Shown here: one piece after another, positions 13,102 to 27,871 of the stretch
Layout of the letters: every line of letters starts with the position of its first letter
Numbering within the stretch: the first letter of the stretch is position 1
Assembly (NCBI GenBank): GCA_964035545.1
Contig: OZ037768.1
Location: forward strand, 16,847,875 to 16,911,874
Length of the DNA stretch: 64,000 nt
Direction of reading: 5' to 3'
From: Bugula neritina
Lineage: Eukaryota > Animalia > Bryozoa
The notes under the pieces: model-generated
Databases searched by the model: none
Seen by the model: only the letters and a program-made list of their open reading frames with translations
What the model was told of the DNA's origin: nothing
Translations under genes and position numbers: made by a program

Positions 13102-15431
13102 ATCATATTTCGAACTTCCTGTTAGCTAGTGAATAAGGGTGATCACTCCACACTGTGAAATGAGTTGGGACTGCAAGGGTTCAAGCTAGTGCTCTGCGCA
13201 TGCAGTATTAAAAGTCCCAAAAATACTTAAACTAACTCTATGTTAAACTGCCATTACTTTACCATTTAAGCAGTTATAGTGCTTATTTTCGGCTCTATGT
13301 TTTAAGTGTTTTTGGTATCAACTACCATGTAGTTTCTGTATTACTTTTGACCTGTATCAAATACGCTCACTCAACACCAAGATAAGCTATGTATACTTGG
13401 AGGTTATGTAGCAGAGTAGCAAGTAGGTGTATGCAGCTAGTAAATATGGAACTAAGGATACTTAGGATACAAGAGAACCCATCACCAATTTCACAGAACC
13501 AGCAATATATTGTACACAAATGCTGAAGCCAGCTCACTACTGAACCAACACTAGTTGAAACTTTACCATCAGCCATTTTCTTTATTGCGTATGCAATGTT
13601 TAGCTAATCATATAAATAAATGTGCTGCCATGCTATACCAATTGTAATATGACTTTATGACTATAAAGTCTTGGTTTCATAATTTTTTTAGAAATTAATA
13701 TAACTAGAAATGCCTTGGCATATGTTATACTGCTGTAAGGATCAGTTTATTCTTAGAGCTTCCAAAGAGAAATGGCTGCTTATGATTATATTTACATTTC
13801 GAAGTAAATCCATTATAATGTTTGTTTAGTAGCATAATGGCTAGATGGACCTGTTGTATACTCTGGCTGGTAGACCAGCTGAGAAAGGAGGAAAAATTCC
13901 ATGAAGCAAACAGATTTGTTCGCAAGACTCATTATAAGAGCCAATCACCACAGGCCATGAGACAGCTGCTCTCTATGCCTTAAGCCTAAAAGATGTATAA
14001 GAGTTGCATGTAACAAAATGTCTGTTTTTAACTCGCTGAATCTCTGAAAGTCAGATTTTTAGTGGCACTGGTATCTTTCATCAACTTCAAAAAGAATAGA
14101 CCAACTTTCTTACCTGCCTTTTCAACGCAATTGATAAATAGGTAAACTTTTTACTGAAGAGCATCTATTTGAGTTGTTCCCTACTTTACATCTTGAACTT
14201 CACTAATAATGTGAAAAATATTTTTGTGTTGAGCTCTACAGTTTCTAAAATTCAATCATACAAATTTAAACAAATACAACTTTGCCTAATTAAAAATATT
14301 TTTTCATTTTTAATGCACATATTTAAGGTAAAACTATAACTATAGCTCACCCATCAGAAAGTTATCTCCTGAAACTATTATATTATGTTATTAGAGTAAC
14401 ATATTATGTTGTTAGGGTGAAATATAGGTACTAATAAAGTAATATGTACATACCATTAGTACCAGGTCTCTGCTACCATTTAGCATACAATTGCTAGTTC
14501 AAAATTTTGATAAATCATACCAGAATTTCGATCAAAAATTGTAGGAAAAACTCAAATATAGCTGACTGAGCGCTAATCCAAACTGACCACCCTTCCATCT
14601 GAACCAATTGAAGCAATTTCCAATAACTTTGGCTTCAAATTTGCTTGTGCTTCACTGTAGGTGTGAGGGGGGGGGGAGAAGGGTAAATAACTGAAGATAA
14701 ATAATATAAGTTCTCAGCTTTGACATTTTCTTCTTCATTTAATGTTTTTTATACAAATTCCAAATTTCCAAGTTATTAAAATATGATCCTCTATTGAGAA
14801 AGCTTTTCAAGAAATAAGTATAACTAAAACAATGTTAAGAGATTTTGTCACAAATTTCTTGAATTTTGCAATATTTTTGGAATTTTTATCTAATTAGGTT
14901 ATATGACCTTGAATTGAATAAAATTATTTTTGCCAACTTTTAATGCAGGCTATTGTTCGTGTGATCGTGATAATATATGTAATTTCTCTCCTACATGCTG
15001 CATGTTCCATAGATTCAAGTGGAGGTCTCATTTCAAGCATAATAATTTATGCTAGTACAACACGCTGGAAGAAATAAACTCGTGCTTAAAATGCTTCAAA
15101 CTGTAAAAATAAATTTTGTACGTTAGTGTTGTGTAAGTGTAAGATGTTAAGTATTACAGTCACAGCAAATAGTTTGCCAGCAAATCATATCTATCACGAT
15201 GCATATCCCTTCATGTTCCACGTCATCAGCTGATCAATTAGGACGTTGACTGTAACTATAGTGAACTCGCATCAACCGTGTAGTCGGAACAATTCATGTG
15301 AAGAAAATAGAAAGCATTTTGACGCAGAGCAACATTATAACAAGGTGTCCTAACTTGTGCAGGCTAGGAAAGAGCTGAAGGGGTGCTGAATTAAGATTGA
15401 ACCGAGTGTGCAGTGCTGAGCCTAGGAACAA

Positions 15432-18400
15432 ATGCCTGAAAACGAAAAGCAACCTCCACGAATAATGGTGTAAGTAGATAGATTGAGTACACTCGTATGT
15501 TTGAAGTCAAATTGTCATCTTCTTTTAGCGGTATGCACAGCCTAAGTACACCTCTTTACAGTATATACTTATAATACATTGTTGCAGTTGAAACTAATAC
15601 GGAAATGCATGATTTAAGCTACTATTTGCTGAATAAAACATAAGCAGCCATTGATTCTTGTCCATAGTTTTACTGCATCTCGTAAAGCTCCTACTATTGC
15701 AATATCTATTCTGTAAACAACATGTCATGTTGCGTTATTTTTCCAAGTAAATAGCTACAAATAAAATTTCAAGTCATGCAAACAGCTGGGCATGCAACAC
15801 TTCCCCCTTCTTAGTGTAGGAGAATATCTTATGGCTGCTCATCTTCATCATACAATACTATCAGTGGGTATTCAATGCCTATTACTTTATGCTAGACTGA
15901 TACACAATTATTTCATTCATTTGTTCATGCTTCTTAAGGGTGTTTTCGTGTAGGAGAAGTGATTTAAGTAGTTAATGAACTATGTACCACTATATTTCAG
16001 GTGACACTAAATAGGACTACTAGTGTCTAACATATGCTTGCATCAAAGCTACATGTGTCGAAAATACTGGTTTATAACATTTTATTATTGTAAAAATAGT
16101 ACTACTGTAAAAAGGCAAAACTGCACCATATGTATACACCAACAGCTAAATAAGTCACCAGAACCTAGTGAGTAATGTAAACTAGCCTCCATTCTAACCT
16201 GTGAAATAAACACTTAGCTGAAGGGAGGGTTTCTGGAGAAACTGATAAACCTTTACTTTGTCAGTAGTCAGTAATAATCAACTGAAAGTTTAATCTTAAT
16301 CTCCAAGCCTATGACCCCCAATTTATCTAAAGCTTATCAAATTGATATAAATTATTGCGGCAAGTCAATAGAATGTCATTAACATATCAATTGTTATCTG
16401 CATAGCAGGCTAGTTTGGTAACATTTCATTGATTAGATTAAATGTTTTATAAGCAGTGAATATTCAAGCTTGAACTCACAGAGTAAGTCAAGAAGTTAAC
16501 AGTAGATAATACCCTACATGAATGTAGCCTAAATGTAAACAAGATTAGTAGCACCAGATTGGACAAGTGGACTCTGTTGCATGAGCCAGTGTGAGGACTG
16601 GAGACTTTACTCTATACTTGAACTGGTAAGATAGAAGCCTATAGTGGCTGTTGCATAAACGTAGTTACTACTGGATGACACGTTTACATGGTTCAATATG
16701 GAGGACTTCTGTTTCTAGGCAATTATGCATTAAAAGCTATAAGCAAATTATGACTGAATTCATTCATTCTGTTTAAGCTGAGCAGCAAAACAACTATGCC
16801 AAAACCATTTCCTCCGCTCCATCATGTATGCTAATTATTTAAAGCGAGGCTATAACCAAATGCCGGGTGGGCGTGGTGGTAGCACCGGTTGATAATTAAT
16901 ACAATTTGCTTATTTTTCGTAAAAAACAGGCAATTCATTTGTCAACCATTTCCACGGAAAAACTTAATTATTATTTAATTTTAATGAAAATTAGCATTTT
17001 TAACCGAGGCCATGATTTGTCATGAGAAAATAACTTCAACTCTATTGGCTGACTGAACTTTCATTGCTAAAAGCTTGCAGAATCTAAAGCAAATATTTTT
17101 CAGCTAGATAGAATTTTCTCGCTATGCAGCAACCATAAAACAACATTTACTTGGAAAATAAAGATGGTTGGGTAACCTGATATAAATATCTTGCATTGTA
17201 ATGTATACAAATATCAGAAGTGCTTTCTGTAAACCAAGTTTCTGGTAGTGTTACATTATAGAACAGGTTGTTTGTTATGCTGACAGTGCCCTAAATAAAT
17301 GCTTCATCAGCAGCATTTCCTTTGAAGCCACCTATTATTATAAATACAAGGCTCAGTATTTTATGCTGGCCTTTAACCCAGCAAGCATGCCTTTCTAAGT
17401 TCTTAGTGGAAAGAGCAGTGTGTCTCGGGTAGTTGTGTGCCGGGCAACCATTACTCATCACTCTCGATATGGCTACGTGCTTCTCAAACCCAGCAATGCT
17501 TGCGTATACTTTCCAACTGTATGCTTGTGAACATAGGATACAGGTCAAACACACACTCAACTCGATATTGTATAAAGCCATGTATTGATATTCTATAATT
17601 ACCACATTATGTATCAGGACAGTATTTCTGCAGCTTTAATACTGACGTATAACATGTACAATGTACACTTTGGTGTTCATATACTACACACAAGCTACAA
17701 GTATGCATGCATCTCAACACTGCATAATCTCCCATCTTACGTTGGTAGCTCACTCATTCCTCTCATTTCCAGGGCATTAGGTCAAGTGAATCTTATCTAT
17801 ATTCTTTAACTATCTAGTTTATTCAAGCACAGATTTATATTCAACAAATATTTTTGGGTTTTTGAGTTTGATAAGCAGTTCAATGATATCTAAATGTTTG
17901 TCAACAGAGCTATGAGCTTCTCGCTTGCTTTACAATGACTACAGGGCACTGAATTGCTTGAAATTAGGATACGCCAAGACATAAGTCTTCCAGATTAAAA
18001 CCATAACAAAAGATTTAAAGAACATACAAAGACATATTTTTAAATCTTGATTTAAGTTGTTTTTAGCTAATACTCATAGTTATGTTTTATTTGTCACAAT
18101 ATTAGTTTGATAGTAAAGGAGTTGCTTCTCCATGACCTGCTTGTTGAGAAGTAATTAAGCTTTAGATCAGCTATACTACACTAATATTTCTAAAGTTGGA
18201 TGTTGAAGCACTTTTGTAACACAAAAAAGAATATCCTCTACCTAGTTGATAAATGCCCTGACCAATGTAATATTTTGTTGATTGAATTACCTACTATTGC
18301 ACTCTACAATATAGTTATTACATGTTTTTAATTTGGTCAGAGAAAACTCTTTATTATTGGCAGTCTAAAGAACTAGCCTTAGATACAGCACTTCTGTGCT

Positions 18401-21400
18401 TACTAGTAACACGTCCCCTCATTTGAGCCACTTATGTTTCGCTGAAAATAGATGTGAGCTGGAAAGCTTCCTTTTTGATCACCTTTACTCACATTGTGGC
18501 GGTTTATCTTCCCATAAGTGTGTTTGCACTTTCAGATTGTCAACTTCCTCTGCTAAAGCATAAATTAATCTTTATACTTCAAGCCAGGTGTGTGGCTCGC
18601 CTCGGCAACCAAGATTTTAAAAGCTTTTCAATTAGAAGTGAAGCCTGCTAATAGAAATGCATGCACACGTTTTCAATTAGCAATATTTTACCAGACAAGT
18701 GTTGCAATCAAAATTTATTAGACTGTTTTGGCTATTATTATAGTTAAATGATTGATCAAAGAATCAAATCAGGATGAAGATATATGAATACATAAATATG
18801 AAATGACAAAAAAAGGTGCATGACAAGGTCATGACAAGTCATTAGCAGCCACAAGCTTTCTTTTTTCAGATATATTATATATACCAACCCTACAAAAAAC
18901 TAAATGTTGTAACTCAACAATGATTAATTTTAGGTTAACAGGAGTTCCTGCAGCATCATTATATGTTTCAGTTTGGCATCACTCCAATGAGTTGATAGCA
19001 CCCTCCTCCTAGACCATCTTTTAAGGGTACAACTTGACTTACAAAAAGTTTAATACTATTTATGTATGGAGTTGTCCATTCATGTGTTTCAGAGTGAAGA
19101 CGGAATATCAGAAGACCATAAAGCCATTGACGGTTAACCTCAAACTACAAATGCACCAAAACCAGCGCCAGAAATCTCTGCTGAAACCTCTACCGGGTCT
19201 CAAAAGTACAACTTCTAGTAATGGCGTGAAGCCGCTGACGGTATCAGCATTGTCAGCTGCTGACAGAAAGGTATACTTCAATTTTGCTGCTGGGTAAAAA
19301 TTTTACTACTTTTGTTAAAGTTAAACTACAAACTTGTGAATCTCTCTGAGTCATAGTATTCCACGATGAGATAGAATACTACATGGTTTGTGGCACTAGC
19401 CTAATGAGCATACAAGAGATGAGGTAGGAGCAGGATTGCAGTTAGCCAAATAGCCTTATTTCTAGCATAGTAGAGTGAATAGTTGTCACACTATGAGATA
19501 ATACCTAACCAAGAGTTTTAAACTCAAGCTTAGGACAAACCTACACGTCTGCACACAACATGCAGTGAGAAACAGTCTCTCTATGTATTGTTTAAAGACA
19601 AGCAGCTGATTTTGAGTTTGCTACCAGACTTGTAACTTATCTCGAAGCGTATTTCCATATAGTCTGCATACATTATAGAATGATATTATATAATTTTATT
19701 CTAAGTTGGTCACCCTTGTAGTTTACAGGATATAGCAATAAGTGATTTATAACATAATATTTTAAATCAAATTGAAAAATGAGCAGCTGATTTGACACAG
19801 CAATAATACCTCAAAGTAATTAACAAAAACCAATTTATCATTTCTATGTTAAATTCATGCAGACGAATTGCTGTATGGTAGCAGTTTTGTGTATAAATAA
19901 TCAGCTAGATGTGTGCTGTGCGCAATGTGCTGTGTAAAACACTTTTATTCATATTTCTATTTTAGTCAGTTTACAGTGATTTGATCACCTAATACTGGTT
20001 TCGAAACAGATTTAGTAAATCCACTCTACCTCTTTAAGATGAGCAAAATTGGTATTTAACATTCTTTTGATTATTGCAATAAACACACCATTCGTATAAT
20101 CTGTAGCTTTTTAACTACCAAATAAATAATTACATCTTCAAGCTATTGAGACTATTTGATTGGAGCAATGATGATCTCTGGGATGGAAACCTGCCTGTAG
20201 ATATATCCCCAGGTACCAAAGAGCTCCCATTCTGAGCATTTCTTTAGCGGATCAGAAGCCATTAATCTTTTGTAGCAAAAAGCCGGTCAGGGATGTCAAA
20301 ACTAAGTGGTGCAAGCAAACCGTGTGCAAAGTTAGTTGGTAAATAGTATATATGCCCATACTTGCTCACTTCTACAGCTTGTCATACAGCACTGTACTTT
20401 CCCTCATTCACCAATATACTTATGAGTTTAAACTATATGCAGCATAGTACAACCCCAAATAATACAAACTATATATACTTACACATATTCTCTTTTCATC
20501 TCTGGCTTATAATATATATTGACAGGTTGCATCATACTGTAATATATATTCTGTAATACATGGTATGTAGTATACAGTATGTCATACATAATATGTATTA
20601 TACAGTATGTAATATATAGTACATTGTATATAGTATTTAGTATATGTGACCCACCACCACAAAACCAGGAACGTTGGTGAATTTATGAAAATTGATTTTA
20701 TTGTTCCAATGTATAGAAAAATTTCTTCTGAACAATTTGGCGTTGGTTTACTACTGTATATTATGTAATATAGAGTATGAAATACATAGTATAATTTTAA
20801 TCTTCATGCTATTGCACAAAATGCTTTAGATATCTCAGATTAGGCTTTTTGCTGCTGGAGAGACATTTTTACTAATTAGCATAAAGTAGTGAAATCCACA
20901 TTGAGATAAAATTATCCAAACTTTGATTTTACTTTGCCCTGGAATCAGATTGAGGCTTATGCAAGCTTTCAGTAGTTTCCAGGTTCATCATATAAAAAAA
21001 ATGCTTCATTTCTGTCGGAAAATCTATTAATTACATATACATGGTAAAACTTTTATTTTGCTTTGGCAGCTGTCAGATAGCTCATATAATACAACTTTAG
21101 TTGCTTTTTATGACTTTTTGTCAAAAGAGTTTGTAGATAATGGTCTGAGGTCTTGTGCTCATCTAATTTCGTTATAAATAAACTTTAAACTGCCAAAAGT
21201 TCAGCACACATTATGTTCTATTGCATTGTAGTTTGCCGGTAAAAATAATTTATTTTGAGCTCAAAAATATCTGGCAAAAACACAAGGAGTTGCACAATTT
21301 TTATAATGATGATGGATTTGAATGACATTGCCAGTTTGGCATGAAATGCTCATTACTAAGTAGTAATTCGTTAAAATCATCAATTTTATGGGGCATGCCC

Positions 21401-24400
21401 ATCTACACGTACAAGTCTGGAAGCCTTGGAAAGGATTTTGCTTAGAATACTGCTAAAACTTGTCTTGAATAAACTGAATGTTCGTAAAGGTTGACTTTCC
21501 CCTCCTTCACTGGTCATGGGATATACTTGTGATGTGGAGATTACAAGTATACTATTATATCACGTGCAAATAATCAACATGATCATGAGGAACTAACCTT
21601 GTGATAGTTACCCAACCACCTTGGCAAACGTGTTGGCCATTTCTAACAATAGCTTGAGTTTGCATGATGCAAGCCCAACTGTCCCGTAACTAATCACGGC
21701 ACTTGGCTTAAACTTCTTAAATAATGTTTTAGCAAAGTTTCCATACACTATAGAAGCCAAATTTCTTTTGACTGACAATGACTATACAAATATAGCCCCT
21801 CTTAGATAACTTGCCCTTCCTTCCAGCTTCACTCATAGTTTATATAACCATTAAATATAATGATATTTACCATTTAGCTGTAAGCAGTTGTGCTCTCATA
21901 CAAGATAATCTTGCGTTCATGTTTCTTCAGTAGCTTAAAATTTTTTTTTAAAGCCGAAACCACGGCAACATAATTATATTGGTGTCACTTTGGTTGTTAG
22001 AATATTCAAATAAAAGTATTTATAGGAAAACATATGGATGTTCTTGACATTTGGCATAAGTAGTTTATATTGATTTATAACAGAACATAGAGAGTCTTAT
22101 GGACCATATACAAGAGTATGTGCTATACTATACAGCACTATAGGCCTACTATACAGCACTATAGGCCTACTATACAGCACTATAGGCCTACTATACAGCA
22201 TAGGCCTACTATACAGCACTATAGGCCTACTATACAGCACTATAGGCCTACTATACAGCACTATAGGCCTACTATACAGCACTATAGGCCTACTATACAG
22301 CACTATAGGCCTACTATACAGCACTATAGGCCTACTATACAGCATAGGCCTACTATACAGCACTATAGGCCTACTATACAGCACTATAGGCCTACTATAC
22401 AGCACTATAGGCCTACTATACAGCACTATAGGCCTACTATACAGCACTATAGGCCTACTATACAGCATTATAGGCCTACTATACAGCACTATAGGCCTAC
22501 TATACAGCACTATAGGCCTACTATACAGCATTATAGGCCTACTATACAGCACTATAGGCCTACTATACAGCACTATGGGTCTACTATACTGTACTATAGG
22601 CCTACTATACAGCACTATAGGCCTACTATACAGCACTATAGGCCTACTATACAGCATAGGCCTACTATACAGCACTATAGGCCTACTATACAGCACTATA
22701 GGCCTACTATACAGCACTATAGGCCTACTATACAGCACTATAGGCCTACTATACAGCATTATAGGCCTACTATACAACACTATAGGCCTACTATACAGCA
22801 CTATAGGCCTACTATACAGCATTATAGGCCTACTATACAGCACTATAGGCCTACTATACAGCACTATGGGTCTACTATACTGTACTACATACACTACACT
22901 ACACTACACAACACTATGTACTATGCTATACAGCACAAATACTAGATATTACTACAGGTTATTGCATACTTTCAGACAAAGTCTAAATTCATTGCTCGAT
23001 CGTACCAAGAGGAGAAGAAGAGAACAGAAAAGATCAATGCATATCTTAGCCAGTCAATAATAGAAACTCGAGATGCCATCAGAAGCATCACCAAGTCACA
23101 ATCAGTATCTGACCAAAGCAATTCCTCTGATGGCTGTGATAGTCCTACTTCAGCACCCAGTATTTCATCTGAGGTCTACACCAACTGTGAGGTATGCAGT
23201 TTCATTGTGTAGAAATCATTACTATTGGTTTCATCCGGGTGAAGTCCAATTCAATCTGAGTTAGGTTCATTTAAAACCCAATGAAAAAGCATGTTATGCC
23301 TATCACTGTCACCTATTTGATTTGTTAGGAAATCATAGCGGTCACTGGGTTACTTTCTCTTCCTTTATAATAATTAATGCTATTATTGTTATTTTTTGCT
23401 GTTTGTTCTTCAGCTTTAAGGAAAACAGCAATTTGATAAGTTCCTTTCCTTGTTTGGCGGTGTTGGTGAAAGCTTTGAAAATTTGAAGTAACTGAATAAA
23501 ACACGGCATCTTGTTAGTGGGCCATTTGGCACTTGTTTCCTGTTTATAAAGTTTGACTGTGTAGGAGTACCACTACAAGGATATACATTTGCAGGTTTTA
23601 AACATACATTTTTTTTAATTTTATGAACAAACATTTAAGTTTGAGGGTCATAGAAAGTTTAGTTTTAAATCTCTACGAAATTGGTTACAACTCTGTAGTA
23701 CCTGGAGTAAATACTATTAGCATAATTCTTGCTATTGACCTTTTAACTGGAATAAAGCTGTAATTGGTAATATATATGATAATATTTTAATTAATTATAG
23801 CTATTAGCTTTGTTTAGTTATGCCACAACTCACTGCAGGTTCAATGATAAACTTTTATATTACTTCACTTTAGTTGAAATGTTGCTCGCTTTCTTACCTT
23901 CTGTTCATAGATTAGCAACTATTCTGATCAATCTTCTGCAAACGGAAGATGTTTGTACAGAAACTACTTTTTTTTTGCTGCCCGGACATAAGCTTTGTTT
24001 ATTGTTTAATGTAACTGTTACCATAAAATAACTAATTGGCACTCATTAAGTCCATTGTCATATCAAAGGATAGTTAGACATGATTCAGATTGTTTATTTA
24101 AAAGGTACACAAAAAGCTTACAGCATCTGCTACTGTTGTCTTATGAGTTAACACTGTACCCTAGCAGCTGTTCAGAAGTCTATATTACTCCTTGCATTGT
24201 TTGTAGTGGCACTGGAAATAACAAATACAATATTACTGAGTGACACATATTACTTCATATAATAAATTTATATCATTTTGTAATTAACTTGTGATTGAAA
24301 AATTTCCTTTGTGGTAAGGAAATAGTTTTTATTTTAGGGCTTAAAAAGAATTTAAACAACAGCTGACTTGATTTTGACAAACTATTCCATCTTCTATGCA

Positions 24401-27400
24401 TAAATATTGATGAAATATACTAAATAGATTTTGAGTGCAGTGCATTGGCCAGACTCTTCTCTGAAATCATCACCCTATATATTATATACCTGTCAGGTGG
24501 ATGACATTCTGGGAGACATAATGCACTTGGAAGACATTGACACTCTCTCGAAAAATGACAAAGATTTTTCCAATAAAGTTATCACTGTCACAAAAGTTGT
24601 AAGTAAACTTACAGAACTTCATTTTCTTCTAGTTTGATTTCTGTTTAGAGAGCTAAGCAATAAAGTTTTTAGTCAATTTGATTTTTCCAAAACGCTGATG
24701 TTGGGAGACAATTGAAATACATTTGAAAAATTCAAGTGTTTTAGTGCTTTAAGCAAGACTTATAAAAAGTTCCTATGCTTTAGCATACACTATGCTGTAA
24801 ATGTATGGCTTGAGATGCTGCTATCTCTACCGTAATAATATGCATGTTTTCTCATTATCAGATCATAATGAAATGCATTCCTAACAATGTTGTGGTTAAG
24901 AGTTGTCTTATACTGATTATAGTAGTACAGCACCAGTATATTATTTATTCAATAAACGAGAACTGGCTTACTATCATTGACTATAACTACTCTTACTATT
25001 AATAACTGTTTCTTAACTAACAGGACCTTATATTTCATGAAATAACAATATAATATTTGAATGTAAATTTGTAATTCAAGCTGCTAACTGAATTAATCGA
25101 CAGTTTTCTAAAATTCTATCTTTTCATAACTTTTAAAAATCACAATCGATTTAATTCTCAATTATTTTGGCCAACCACTTTAAGTTTATAAACTCATTGG
25201 AGATTCTTTAATTGGCTCTTGTCTATTAGAGTTTATTAATGCCTGCCAGTGTAACCTCAAACCACCCTGGGTAGACCTGTAGACCCCTTCTAACAAATAC
25301 TCCTCCCACGTTTCTGGCACCTCAGGTCTATATATTAAACCAAGCCAGCTTTTACACCCAGCAAGATAATTATGATAATATGGAAACTAGATTAATTACT
25401 GAGCTAACAGTTTTACTACAACATATTGTTTTCAATGGGAGAGCAGCCCAAAGTATAAACAATTTAATAGCACTATTGACAAGCAGTACTGAGATGTTAA
25501 TGGTATGCTTTAATTTAGATGTGTCAGATTTTTGTCTTCTTGAAATTGATGTTTTTTGTGCTACAGAAATTTCATTTATCAAGGCAAAACTAATTAAAAT
25601 AAAATATAGTAGTCACTTTATAGTCGAATGAAATCCCCAGTGCAGTTGTAACTTGAATGATATTTTTTTGCACAAATGCCATTTTTAAATGTATCGATTA
25701 ATTAACATTTAAAATTATTCTGCCATTTAAAACCTTAACATAATTACAGCTCTTAACTAAATTAACTTAGCATTAAATATATTTGCATCAAAAAAATAAG
25801 TCATAAAAAGGTGAAAGTGCAAAAAGAAGGTTTTTAATGATGCCCAATAATACCCTAGCGGCCATTTTTGACTTCACGTCATGAAGTGTATAATATTTTG
25901 CAGTATTAGGTCAGCAAGAACCAATAATTCTCAAACTTAATTTAGTAAAAGAAGAGTTTCAAGTAATATGATAAGTTTAAACACCCTGTTTGCTTGCTCC
26001 AAATTACTACACTTCCTTGGGCATTCAGACAGCATAGTAAGCAATGTGGTACTCAAAATATAAAATTAGCCATGTTAAATGTTTAGTGACAACCATTATA
26101 AGTTTTATAACCTAATAAAGTAAGTTAATAGCATTTTTATATTGTCTGCTCCATCGATTGACTGTCACAGTATGATTAATATTTGTGTAAAACTGACTGT
26201 TTAGTATCTGACAGTTTTGACTGTCTAGGCCAGACGAGACGTTAGTTAAGTTCAAAAAGTATTATTTGCAGTTTAAACCAAATTCTGTAGCTTGAGGTAG
26301 ACTTTCTATTAAATAACTAGTTTTTGTATGTTTAGGCTCCACACAAGGTTGATGCTACAATCAACAAAAAAGTGTCCTCTCCTTACTCATACATAGATTT
26401 TGACGATGACGATGACATGCCTCCCCCTTACCTTTCAGAAAGTGAGTTGGTTACTTGGGCTAGAGAGAGACAAAAGAAAGACACTCACAATCAAGGTGAG
26501 TGATATAAGCATTTGGTCATATTTATATACATATATTGTAGTTATAATTATTTTGTTTAGTAAACTGCCGTCAAAGGTGTTATGTTATAAGAATTTTAGT
26601 CAGTGCCATAAACATAAAACTACTGAATGTTGTAGTTGAAAGAAGGAGACGATTTAACATAAATGATCGGATCAAAGAACTAGGAAACTTGATTCCTACT
26701 CAACGAGACCCGTAAGTTATGCAGTCATAGTATTGCAGTGGTACATATGCTCTTTCTTTAATGAAAAAGTTAATAAACAACATTGGGTATATATCTGTAT
26801 AAAAAAATTCCAAAAAATAATTGCAAAGTATGTTTAGCATTATCCTTTGGTGTTTCAGAGATTTCAGGAACAACAAAGGCTCCATCTTGAAAGCTTCAGT
26901 AGACTATATTAAAGATCTCAGGAGAGATCAACAGAGACTCAAAATACTTGAAGACAAGATGAGGCAAACCGAACGTCAAAACAAACTTTTGATGGTGAGA
27001 CTCCAGGTGAGTCATGTTCAAATAATATAATTTTAAAGCTTTTTGCACCAGCAGCACCAACTACCAACTATTTGTTAGCCTTGTTACATATATACGCTAT
27101 TAATAGATGTGTTAATTTATTATAACCAACAATCATGTATAAGTTGTTAAATTACTAATAAGTGAGCAGTTAAGTGGCCAACTGGTGAGCAGCTTGAGTT
27201 AAATAAATATAGGGTTCTTATATACAAATACTTGTATATATAGATACTTTTTTAAGCTCTCATACCAAGCATTAACCATGCATCAAATAATATGTTGATT
27301 AAACTAGTGTGTAGAATACTATAATTAATATTTACTAATGATCACAATGCTTAACTTGTTCACATTAATCACTGTAAATCTAAAGGAGCCATCACTAGTT

Positions 27401-27871
27401 GGTCAATAAGCTAGATTTACATAATCCTGTTTTAGCTTTATGCAAAATGGTAGACGTAAAATGTAAATTACTTCCCCAACATTTTTTATTTAGCTAACAC
27501 TTGAGTCACCTACGTGTTTGCCAAAATGTTTAGTATGTAAGTGTGTAGTATTTACTTCATTTTCCTCATTGCTATGCTAACTCGTTTAATTAACATGTAT
27601 TTGTTTGACAACCTCGTAGAATTAAAAGCACAAGTATGGAGTTGTCTACCCATTGTTGTTGCAGCAATGTGAGATGGTGCTGAGACAGACAGGGCTACCG
27701 CATGGTTTATTTGCGGCTTCACAAAATGAAATTAATAACATTAAACTAGAAGAAGATTCATTGGAAGATGTTGATTTTCTTTCTGATCCAATGCTATGCG
27801 ACGACCACCTTGATTTAAATTTAGAGAATAATTTCGATATTGCCATCGAAGACTTGCTAGACATGTGTTAA
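15432..27871 (+). CDS. MITF: MiT/TFE-family bHLH-leucine zipper transcription factor (MITF/TFEB-like), 8 coding exons
   Basis: Exons 15432-15469 ([12 protein letters not shown]; least certain), 19093-19270 ([10 protein letters not shown]), 22976-23191 (KINAYLS...DSPTS), 24497-24598 ([12 protein letters not shown] activation motif), 26336-26495 ([12 protein letters not shown]), 26636-26711 ([21 protein letters not shown]), 26859-27006 ([16 protein letters not shown] plus zipper), 27665-27871 ([11 protein letters not shown]...SDPML...stop). Splice phases are consistent throughout. Confidence 0.93.
22126..22885. repeat. Intronic minisatellite, 21-bp unit CTACTATACAGCACTATAGGC, ~36 copies with occasional 18-bp variants
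   Basis: Read directly; it produces the repetitive ORFs 22097-23060. Confidence 0.97.

Noticed and set aside
17291-17605. 104-aa minus-strand ORF in MiT intron 1
   Set aside because: No recognisable motif, non-ATG start and no supporting exon chain.
18972-19027. Possible extra MiT exon after TTTCAG
   Set aside because: Stop codons in all three frames.
20645-21900. Possible non-autonomous DNA transposon starting TGTGACCCACC
   Set aside because: I could not find the matching inverted terminus or a target duplication.
22097-23060. Long repetitive ORFs ([21 protein letters not shown] repeats)
   Set aside because: Translations of a 21-bp intronic minisatellite that is open in several frames on both strands. 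Not a CRISPR array, since there are no unique spacers.
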